DNA of 64,000 nucleotides from the human T2T-CHM13v2.0 reference genome, Homo sapiens, in NCBI RefSeq assembly GCF_009914755.1, contig NC_060928.1. The stretch is one strand, 5' to 3'. Of the stretch, positions 1 to 11,300 are shown one piece after another. The translations under genes and the position numbers were made by a program. The notes beneath the pieces were generated by a model. The model was given only the letters and a program-made list of their open reading frames with translations. It was not told the DNA's origin and did not search any database. Numbering within the stretch: the stretch's first letter is position 1; each line of letters opens with the position of its first letter.

Positions 1-276
1 GATGTTTGCATTCAAGTCACAGAATTGAACATTCCCTTTCATAGAGCAGGTTTGAAACACTCTTTCTGTAGTATCTGGAAGTGGGCATTTCAAGCGCTTT
101 CAGGCCTACGGGGAGAAAGGAAATATCTTCAAATAAAAACTAGACAGAAGGATTCTCAGAAACTTATTTGTGATGTGTGTCCTAAACGAACACAGTTGAA
201 CCTTTGTTTTGATACAGCATTTTGGAAACACTCCTTTTGTAGGATCTGCACGTGGATATTTGGATAGATTTTAAGA

Positions 277-293
277 TTTCGTTGGAAACGGGA
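277..293 (+). promoter_or_regulatory. CENP-B box (m2), representative; intact boxes also at 619, 1131, 1639, 2661, 2831, 3171 and normally in m12
   Basis: TTTCGTTGGAAACGGGA matches the 17-bp box with the essential core TTCG....A..CGGG. There are 8 intact boxes per canonical 19-mer. Confidence 0.95.
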
Positions 294-447
294 GTTTCTT
301 CATAGAAACTCAAGACAGATGCATTCTCAGAAACATCTCTGTGATGTTTGCATTCCACTCATAGAGTTGAAAACTTCCTTTCATAGAGCAGGTTTGAAAC
401 ACTCTTTTTGTAATATTTGGAAGTGGACATTTGCAGCGCTTTGAGGC

Positions 448-464
448 CTATGGTGAAAAAGGAA
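448..464 (+). promoter_or_regulatory. pJalpha (A-box) motif in A-type monomer m3, representative of 8 A monomers per 19-mer
   Basis: CTATGGTGAAAAAGGAA sits at the position equivalent to the CENP-B box. Confidence 0.85.
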
Positions 465-788
465 ATATCTTCTCATAAAAACCAGAAACAAGCATTCTCA
501 GAAACTTCTTTTTGATGTGTGTACTCAAGTAACAGAGTTGAACCTTCCTTTTGACACAGCAGTTTTGAAACAATCTTTTTGTAGAATCTGCAAGTGGATA
601 TTTGGATAGCTTTGAGGATTTCGTTGGAAACGGGATATCTTCATATAAAATCTAGACAGAAGCATTCTCAGAAACTTCTTTGTGCTGTATGTCCTCAATT
701 AACAGAGTTGAACCATTGCTTGGATACAGCATTTTGGAAACATTCCTTGAGTAGAATCTGCAAGTTGATATTTAGATAGATTTGAAGA

Positions 789-805
789 TTTCGTTGGAAA
801 AGGGA
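789..805 (+). promoter_or_regulatory. Degenerate CENP-B box (m5), fixed in all copies read
   Basis: TTTCGTTGGAAAAGGGA: the essential CGGG is AGGG. Confidence 0.85.
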
Positions 806-1468
806 ATATCTCCATATAAAATCTAGAGGGAAGCATTCTCAGAAACTGCTTTGTGATGTTTCCATTCAAGTCACAGAGTTGAATATTCCCTTTTATAGAG
901 CACGTTTGAAACACTCTTTCTGCACTATCTGGAAGTGGACATTTCGAGCGCTTTGAGGCCTATGGTGAAAAAGGAAATATCTTCCCATAAAAACTAGACA
1001 GAAGCATTCTCAGAAACTTGTTTGTGATGTGTGTATTCAACTAACAGAGTTGAACTTTTGTTTTTACAGAGCCGTTTTAAAACACTCTTTTTGTGGAATC
1101 AGAAAGTGGATATTCGGATGGCTCTGAGGATTTCGTTGGAAGCGGGATTACATATAAAATCTAGAGAGAAGCATTCTCAGGAACTTCTTTGTGATGTTTG
1201 CATTGAAGTCACAGAATTGAACATTCACTTTGATAGAGCAGGTTTGAAACACTCATTCTGTAGTATCTGGAAGTGGACATTTCAAGCGCTTTCAGGCCTA
1301 TGGTGAGAAAGGAAATATCTTCGAATAAAAACTAGACAGAAGCATCCTCAGAAACTTATTTGTGATGTGTGTCCTCAACTAACAGAGTTGAAACTTTGTT
1401 TTGATACAGCATTTTGGAAACACTCTTTTTGTAGAATCTGCAGGTGGATATTTGGATAGCTTAGAGGG

Positions 1469-1485
1469 ATTCGTTGGAAAGGGGA
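1469..1485 (+). promoter_or_regulatory. Degenerate CENP-B box (m9), fixed
   Basis: ATTCGTTGGAAAGGGGA: CGGG is GGGG. Confidence 0.85.
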
Positions 1486-2317
1486 TATCCTCATATAAAA
1501 TCTAGACAGAAGCATTCTCAGAAACTTATTTGTGATGTGTGTCCTCAACTAACAGAGTTGAACCTTGGTTTTGATACAGCATTTTGGAAACACTCCTTTT
1601 GTAGAATCTGCAGGTGGATATGTGGATAGCTCTGAAGATTTCGTTGGAAACGGGAATTTCTTCATATAAAATCAAACAGAAGCATTCTCAGAAACTTCTC
1701 AGTGATGTTTGCATTCAGCTCATGGAGTTGAACACTTCCTTTCATAGAGCCGGTTTGAAACACTCTTTCTGCACTACCTGGAAGAGGACATTTCGAGCGC
1801 TTTGAGTCCTATGGTGAGAAAGGAAATATCTTCTCATAAAAACCAGAAAGAAGCATTCTCAGAAACTTCTTTGTGTTGTGTGTACTCATGTAACAGTGTT
1901 GAACCATCCTTTTGACAGAGCAGTTTTGAAACACTCTTTTTGTAGAATCTGCAAGTGGATATTTGGATAGCTTTGAGGATTTCGTTGGAAATGGGATGAC
2001 ATATAATATCTAGAGAGAAGCATACTCAGGAACTTCTTTGTGATGTTTGCATTCAAGTCACAGAATTGAACATTCCCTTTCATAGAGCAGGTTTGAAACA
2101 CTCTTTCTCTAGTATCTGGAAGTGGGCATTTCAAGCGCTTTCAGGCCTATGGAGAGAAAGGAAATACCTTCAAATAAAAACTAGACAGAAGCATTCTCAG
2201 AAACTTATTTGTGATGTGTGTCCTCAACTAACAGAGTTGAACCTTTGTTTTGATACAGCATTTTGGAAACACTCCTTTTGTAGAATCTGCAGGTGGATAT
2301 TTGGATAACTTTGAAGA

Positions 2318-2334
2318 TTTCGTTGGAAACCGGA
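2318..2334 (+). promoter_or_regulatory. Degenerate CENP-B box (m14), fixed
   Basis: TTTCGTTGGAAACCGGA: CGGG is CCGG. Confidence 0.85.
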
Positions 2335-5300
2335 ATATCTTCATATAAAATCAAGACAGAAGCATTCTCGGAAACATCTCTGTGATGTTTGCATTCAACT
2401 CAGTAGAGTTGAACACTTCCTTTCATAGAGCCGGTTTGAAACACTCTTTCTGCACTACCTGGAAGCGGACATTTCGAGCGCTTTGAGGCCTATGGTGAAA
2501 AAGGAAATATCTTCTCATAAAAACCAGAAAGAAGCATTCTCAGAAACTTCTTTGTGTTGTGTGTACTCAAGTAACAGTGTTGAACCTTCCTTTTGACACA
2601 GCAGTTTTGAAACACTCTTTTGGTAGAATCTGCAAGTGGATATTTGGATAGCTTTGAGGATTTCGTTGGAAACGGGTTATCTTCATATAAAATCCAGACA
2701 GGAGCATTCTCAGAAACTTCTTTGTGCTGCATGTCCTCAATTCACAGAGCTGAACCTTTGTTTGGATACAGCATTTTGGAAACATTCCTTTAGTAGAATC
2801 TGCAAGTTGATATTTAGATAGCTTTGAAGATTTCGTTGGAAACGGGAATATCTTCATAGAAAATCTAGACGGAAGCATTCTCAGAAACTGCTTTGTGATG
2901 TTTGCATTCAAGTCACAGAGTTGAATATTCCCTTTTATAGAGTAGGTTTGAAACACTCTTTTGGCACTACCTGGAAGTGGATATTTCGAGCTCTTTGAGG
3001 CCTATGGTTAAAAGGAAATATCTTCCCATAAAAACTAGACAGAAGCCGTCTCAGAAACTTGTTTGTGATGTGTGTATTCAACTAACAGAGTTGAACATTT
3101 CTGTTACAGAGCAATTTTAAAACACTCTTTTTGTGGAATCTGAAAGTGGATAATTGGATAGCTTTGTGGATTTCGTTGGAAACGGGATGACGTATAAAAT
3201 CTAGAGAGAAGCATTCTCAGGAACTTCTTTGTGATGTTTGCATTCAAGTCACAGAATTGAACATTCCCTTTCATAGAGCAGGTTTGAAACACTCTTTCTG
3301 TAGTATCTGGAAGTGGGCATTTCAAGCGCTTTCAGGCCTACGGGGAGAAAGGAAATATCTTCAAATAAAAACTAGACAGAAGGATTCTCAGAAACTTATT
3401 TGTGATGTGTGTCCTAAACGAACACAGTTGAACCTTTGTTTTGATACAGCATTTTGGAAACACTCCTTTTGTAGGATCTGCAGGTGGATATTTGGATAGA
3501 TTTTAAGATTTCGTTGGAAACGGGAGTTTCTTCATAGAAACTCAAGACAGATGCATTCTCAGAAACATCTCTGTGATGTTTGCATTCCACTCATAGATTT
3601 GAAAACTTCCTTTCATAGAGCAGGTTTGAAACACTCTTTTTGTAATATTTGGAAGTGGACATTTGCAGCGCTTTGAGGCCTATGGTGAAAAAGGAAATAT
3701 CTTCTCATAAAAACCAGAAACAAGCATTCTCAGAAACTTCTTTTTGATGTGTGTACTCAAGTAACAGAGTTGAACCTTCCTTTTGACACAGCAGTTTTGA
3801 AACAATCTTTTTGTAGAATCTGCAAGTGGATATTTGGATAGCTTTGAGGATTTCGCTGGAAACGGGATATCTTCATATAAAATCTAGACAGAAGCATTCT
3901 CAGAAACTTCTTTGTGCTGTATGCCCTCAATTAACAGAGTTGAACCATTGCTTGGATACAGCATTTTGGAAACATTCCTTGAGTAGAATCTGCAAGTTGA
4001 TATTTAGATAGATTTGAAGATTTCGTTGGAAAAGGGAATATCTCCATATAAAATCTAGAGGGAAGCATTCACAGAAACTGCTCTGTGATGTTTCCATTCA
4101 AGTCACAGAGTTGAATATTCCCTTTTATAGAGCACGTTTGAAACACTCTTTCTGCACTATCTGGAAGTGGACATTTCGAGCGCTTTGAGGCCTATGGTGA
4201 AAAAGGAAATATCTTCCCATAAAAACCAGACAGAAGCATTCTCAGAAACTTGTTTGTGATGTGTGTATTCAACTAACAGAGTTGAACTTTTGTTTTTACA
4301 GAGCCGTTTTAAAACACTCTTTTTGTGGAATCAGAAAGTGGATATTCGGATGGCTCTGAGGATTTCGTTGGAAGCGGGATTACATATAAAATCTAGAGAG
4401 AAGCATTCTCAGGAACTTCTTTGTGATGTTTGCATTGAAGTCACAGAATTGAACATTCACTTTGATAGAGCAGGTTTGAAACACTCATTCTGTAGTATCT
4501 GGAAGTGGACATTTCAAGCGCTTTCAGGCCTATGGTGAGAAAGGAAATATCTTCGAATAAAAACTAGACAGAAGCATCCTCAGAAACTTATTTGTGATGT
4601 GTGTCCTCAACTAACAGAGTTGAAACTTTGTTTTGATACAGCATTTTGGAAACACTCTTTTTGTAGAATCTGCAGGTGGATATTTGGATAGCTTAGAGGG
4701 ATTCGTTGGAAAGGGGATATCTTCATATAAAATCTAGACAGAAGCATTCTCAGAAACTTATTTGTGATGTGTGTCCTCAACTAACAGAGTTGAACCTTGG
4801 TTTTGATACAGCATTTTGGAAACACTCCTTTTGTAGAATCTGCAGGTGGATATGTGGATAGCTCTGAAGATTTCGTTGGAAACGGGAATTTCTTCATATA
4901 AAATCAAACAGAAGCATTCTCAGAAACTTCTCAGTGATGTTTGCATTCAGCTCATGGAGTTGAACACTTCCTTTCATAGAGCCGGTTTGAAACACTCTTT
5001 CTGCACTACCTGGAAGAGGCCATTTCGAGCGCTTTGAGTCCTATGGTGAAAAAGGAAATATCTTCTCATAAAAACCAGAAAGAAGCATTCTCAGAAACTT
5101 CTTTGTGTTGTGTGTACTCATGTAACAGTGTTGAACCATCCTTTTGACAGAGCAGTTTTGAAACACTCTTTTTGTAGAATCTGCAAGTGGATATTTGGAT
5201 AGCTTTGAGGATTTCGTTGGAAACGGGATGACATATAATATCTAGAGAGAAGCATACTCAGGAACTTCTTTGTGATGTTTGCATTCAAGTCACAGAATTG

Positions 5301-8300
5301 AACATTCCCTTTCATAGAGCAGGTTTGAAACACTCTTTCTCTAGTATCTGGAAGTGGGCATTTCAAGCGCTTTCAGGCCTATGGAGAGAAAGGAAATACC
5401 TTCAAATAAAAACTAGACAGAAGCATTCTCAGAAACTTATTTGTGATGTGTGTCCTCAACTAACAGAGTTGAACCTTTGTTTTGATACAGCATTTTGGAA
5501 ACACTCCTTTTGTAGAATCTGCAGGTGGATATTTGGATAACTTTGAAGATTTCGTTGGAAACCGGAATATCTTCATATAAAATCAAGACAGAAGCATTCT
5601 CGGAAACATCTCTGTGATGTTTGCATTCAACTCAGTAGAGTTGAACACTTCCTTTCATAGAGCCGGTTTGAAACACTCTTTCTGCACTACCTGGAAGCGG
5701 ACATTTCGAGCGCTTTGAGGCCTATGGTGAAAAAGGAAATATCTTCTCATAAAAACCAGAAAGAAGCATTCTCAGAAACTTCTTTGTGTTGTGTGTACTC
5801 AAGTAACAGTGTTGAACCTTCCTTTTGACACAGCAGTTTTGAAACACTCTTTTGGTAGAATCTGCAAGTGGATATTTGGATAGCTTTGAGGATTTCATTG
5901 GAAACGGGTTATCTTCATATAAAATCCAGACAGGAGCATTCTCAGAAACTTCTTTGTGCTGCATGTCCTCAATTCACAGAGCTGAACCTTTGTTTGGATA
6001 CAGCATTTTGGAAACATTCCTTTAGTAGAATCTGCAAGTTGATATTTAGATAGCTTTGAAGATTTCGTTGGAAACGGGAATATCTTCATAGAAAATCTAG
6101 ACGGAAGCATTCTCAGAAACTGCTTTGTGATGTTTGCATTCAAGTCACAGAGTTGAATATTCCGTTTTATAGAGTAGGTTTGAAACACTCTTTCGGCACT
6201 ACCTGGAAGTGGATATTTCGAGCTCTTTGAGGCCTATGGTTAAAAGGAAATATCTTCCCATAAAAACTAGACAGAAGCCGTCTCAGAAACTTGTTTGTGA
6301 TGTGTGTATTCAACTAACAGAGTTGAACATTTCTGTTACAGAGCAATTTTAAAACACTCTTTTTGTGGAATCTGAAAGTGGATAATTGGATAGCTTTGTG
6401 GATTTCGTTGGAAACGGGATGACGTATAAAATCTAGAGAGAAGCATTCTCAGGAACTTCTTTCTGATGTTTGCATTCAAGTCACAGAATTGAACATTCCT
6501 TTTCATAGTGCAGGTTTGAAACACTCTTTCTGTAGTATCTGGAAGTGGACATTTCAAGCGCTTTCAGGCCTACGGGGAGAAAGGAAATATCTTCAAATAA
6601 AAACTAGACAGAAGGATTCTCAGAAACTTATTTGTGATGTGTGTCCTAAACGAACACAGTTGAACCTTTGTTTTGATACAGCATTTTGGAAACACTCCTT
6701 TTGTAGGATCTGCAGGTGGATATTTGGATAGATTTTAAGATTTCGTTGGAAACGGGAGTTTCTTCATAGAAACTCAAGACAGATGCATTCTCAGAAACAT
6801 CTCCGTGATGTTTGCATTCCACTCATAGAGTTGAAAACTTCCTTTCATAGAGCAGGTTTGAAACACTCTTTTTGTAATATTTGGAAGTGGACATTTGCAG
6901 CGCTTTGAGGCCTATGGTGAAAAAGGAAATATCTTCTCATAAAAACCAGAAACAAGCATTCTCAGAAACTTCTTTTTGATGTGTGTACTCAAGTAACAGA
7001 GTTGAACCTTCCTTTTGACACAGCAGTTTTGAAACAATCTTTTTGTAGAATCTGCAAGTGGATATTTGGATAGCTTTGAGGATTTCGCTGGAAACGGGAT
7101 ATCTTCATATAAAATCTAGACAGAAGCATTCTCAGAAACTTCTTTGTGCTGTATGCCCTCAATTAACAGAGTTGAACCATTGCTTGGATACAGCATTTTG
7201 GAAACATTCCTTGAGTAGAATCTGCAAGTTGATATTTAGATAGATTTGAAGATTTCGTTGGAAAAGGGAATATCTCCATATAAAATCTAGAGGGAAGCAT
7301 TCTCAGAAACTGCTTTGTGATGTTTCCATTCAAGTCACAGAGTTGAATATTCCCTTTTATAGAGCACGTTTGAAACACTCTTTCTGCACTATCTGGAAGT
7401 GGACATTTCGAGCGCTTTGAGGCCTATGGTGAAAAAGGAAATATCTTCCCATAAAAACTAGACAGAAGCATTCTCAGAAACTTGTTTGTGATGTGTGTAT
7501 TCAACTAACAGAGTTGAACTTTTGTTTTTACAGAGCCGTTTTAAAACACTCTTTTTGTGGAATCAGAAAGTGGATATTCGGATGGCTCTGAGGATTTCGT
7601 TGGAAGCGGGATTACATATAAAATCTAGAGAGAAGCATTCTCAGGAACTTCTTTGTGATGTTTGCATTGAAGTCACAGAATTGAACATTCACTTTGATAG
7701 AGCAGGTTTGAAACACTCATTCTGTAGTATCTGGAAGTGGACATTTCAAGCGCTTTCAGGCCTATGGTGAGAAAGGAAATATCTTCGAATAAAAACTAGA
7801 CAGAAGCATCCTCAGAAACTTATTTGTGATGTGTGTCCTCAACTAACAGAGTTGAAACTTTGTTTTGATACAGCATTTTGGAAACACTCTTTTTGTAGAA
7901 TCTGCAGGTGGATATTTGGATAGCTTAGAGGGATTCGTTGGAAAGGGGATATCTTCATATAAAATCTAGACAGAAGCATTCTCAGAAACTTATTTGTGAT
8001 GTGTGTCCTCAACTAACAGAGTTGAACCTTGGTTTTGATACAGCATTTTGGAAACACTCCTTTTGTAGAATCTGCAGGTGGATATGTGGATAGCTCTGAA
8101 GATTTCGTTGGAAACGGGAATTTCTTCATATAAAATCAAACAGAAGCATTCTCAGAAACTTCTCAGTGATGTTTGCATTCAGCTCATGGAGTTGAACACT
8201 TCCTTTCATAGAGCCGGTTTGAAACACTCTTTCTGCACTACCTGGAAGAGGCCATTTCGAGCGCTTTGAGTCCTATGGTGAAAAAGGAAATATCTTCTCA

Positions 8301-11300
8301 TAAAAACCAGAAAGAAGCATTCTCAGAAACTTCTTTGTGTTGTGTGTACTCATGTAACAGTGTTGAACCATCCTTTTGACAGAGCAGTTTTGAAACACTC
8401 TTTTTGTAGAATCTGCAAGTGGATATTTGGATAGCTTTGAGGATTTCGTTGGAAACTGGATGACATATAATATCTAGAGAGAAGCATACTCAGGAACTTC
8501 TTTGTGATGTTTGCATTCAAGTCACAGAATTGAACATTCCCTTTCATAGAGCAGGTTTGAAACACTCTTTCTCTAGTATCTGGAAGTGGGCATTTCAAGC
8601 GCTTTCAGGCCTATGGAGAGAAAGGAAATACCTTCAAATAAAAACTAGACAGAAGCATTCTCAGAAACTTATTTGTGATGTGTGTCCTCAACTAACAGAG
8701 TTGAACCTTTGTTTTGATACAGCATTTTGGAAACACTCCTTTTGTAGAATCTGCAGGTGGATATTTGGATAACTTTGAAGATTTCGTTGGAAACCGGAAT
8801 ATCTTCATATAAAATCAAGACAGAAGCATTCTCGGAAACATCTCTGTGATGTTTGCATTCAGCTCAGTAGAGTTGAACACTTCCTTTCATAGAGCAGGTT
8901 TGAAACACTCTTTCTGCACTACCTGGAAGTGGACATTTCGAGCGCTTTGAGGCCTATGGTGAAAAAGGAAATATCTTCTCATAAAAACCAGAAAGAAGCA
9001 TTCTCAGAAACTTCTTTGTGTTGTGTGTACTCAAGTAACAGTGTTGAACCTTCCTTTTGACACAGCAGTTTTGAAACACTCTTTTGGTAGAATCTGCAAG
9101 TGGATATTTGGATAGCTTTGAGGATTTCGTTGGAAACGGGTTATCTTCATATAAAATCCAGACAGGAGCATTCTCAGAAACTTCTTTGTGCTGCATGTCC
9201 TCAATTCACAGAGCTGAACCTTTGTTTGGATACAGCATTTTGGAAACATTCCTTTAGTAGAATCTGCAAGTTGATATTTAGATAGCTTTGAAGATTTCGT
9301 TGGAAACGGGAATATCTTCATAGAAAATCTAGACGGAAGCATTCTCAGAAACTGCTTTGTGATGTTTGCATTCAAGTCACAGAGTTGAATATTCCCTTTT
9401 ATAGAGTAGGTTTGAAACACTCTTTTGGCACTACCTGGAAGTGGATATTTCGAGCTCTTTGAGGCCTATGGTTAAAAGGAAATATCTTCCCATAAAAACT
9501 AGACAGAAGCCGTCTCAGAAACTTGTTTGTGATGTGTGTATTCAACTAACAGAGTTGAACATTTCTGTTACAGAGCAATTTTAAAACACTCTTTTTGTGG
9601 AATCTGAAAGTGGATAATTGGATAGCTTTGTGGATTTCGTTGGAAACGGGATGACGTATAAAATCTAGAGAGAAGCATTCTCAGGAACTTCTTTGTGATG
9701 TTTGCATTCAAGTCACAGAATTGAACATTCCCTTTCATAGAGCAGGTTTGAAACACTCTTTCTGTAGTATCTGGAAGTGGGCATTTCAAGCGCTTTCAGG
9801 CCTACGGGGAGAAAGGAAATATCTTCAAATAAAAACTAGACAGAAGGATTCTCAGAAACTTATTTGTGATGTGTGTCCTAAACGAACACAGTTGAACCTT
9901 TGTTTTGATACAGCATTTTGGAAACACTCCTTTTGTAGGATCTGCACGTGGATATTTGGATAGATTTTAAGATTTCGTTGGAAACGGGAGTTTCTTCATA
10001 GAAACTCAAGACAGATGCATTCTCAGAAACATCTCTGTGATGTTTGCATTCCACTCATAGAGTTGAAAACTTCCTTTCATAGAGCAGGTTTGAAACACTC
10101 TTTTTGTAATATTTGGAAGTGGACATTTGCAGCGCTTTGAGGCCTATGGTGAAAAAGGAAATATCTTCTCATAAAAACCAGAAACAAGCATTCTCAGAAA
10201 CTTCTTTTTGATGTGTGTACTCAAGTAACAGAGTTGAACCTTCCTTTTGACACAGCAGTTTTGAAACAATCTTTTTGTAGAATCTGCAAGTGGATATTTG
10301 GATAGCTTTGAGGATTTCGTTGGAAACGGGATATCTTCATATAAAATCTAGACAGAAGCATTCTCAGAAACTTCTTTGTGCTGTATGTCCTCAATTAACA
10401 GAGTTGAACCATTGCTTGGATACAGCATTTTGGAAACATTCCTTGAGTAGAATCTGCAAGTTGATATTTAGATAGATTTGAAGATTTCGTTGGAAAAGGG
10501 AATATATCCATATAAAATCTAGAGGGAAGCATTCTCAGAAACTGCTTTGTGATGTTTCCATTCAAGTCACAGAGTTGAATATTCCCTTCTATAGAGCACG
10601 TTTGAAACACTCTTTCTGCACTATCTGGAAGTGGACATTTCGAGCGCTTTGAGGCCTATGGTGAAAAAGGAAATATCTTCCCATAAAAACTAGACAGAAG
10701 CATTCTCAGAAACTTGTTTGTGATGTGTGTATTCAACTAACAGAGTTGAACTTTTGTTTTTACAGAGCCGTTTTAAAACACTCTTTTTGTGGAATCAGAA
10801 AGTGGATATTCGGATGGCTCTGAGGATTTCGTTGGAAGCGGGATTACATATAAAATCTAGAGAGAAGCATTCTCAGGAACTTCTTTGTGATGTTTGCATT
10901 GAAGTCACAGAATTGAACATTCACTTTGATAGAGCAGGTTTGAAACACTCATTCTGTAGTATCTGGAAGTGGACATTTCAAGCGCTTTCAGGCCTATGGT
11001 GAGAAAGGAAATATCTTCGAATAAAAACTAGACAGAAGCATCCTCAGAAACTTATTTGTGATGTGTGTCCTCAACTAACAGAGTTGAAACTTTGTTTTGA
11101 TACAGCATTTTGGAAACACTCTTTTTGTAGAATCTGCAGGTGGATATTTGGATAGCTTAGAGGGATTCGTTGGAAAGGGGATATCCTCATATAAAATCTA
11201 GACAGAAGCATTCTCAGAAACTTATTTGTGATGTGTGTCCTCAACTAACAGAGTTGAACCTTGGTTTTGATACAGCATTTTGGAAACACTCCTTTTGTAG

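Noticed and set aside
90-101. Short palindromes such as AAGCGCTT, TCTAGA and GAGCTC as cruciform seeds
   Set aside because: They are 6-8 bp and are standard alphoid consensus or restriction sites. No extended dyad stood out by eye.
3188-3199. CRE-like TGACGTA overlapping TATAAAA right after the m19 CENP-B box
   Set aside because: The motifs overlap, which is not a promoter geometry. TATAAAA is ordinary B-monomer consensus and there is no transcription evidence in the sequence.
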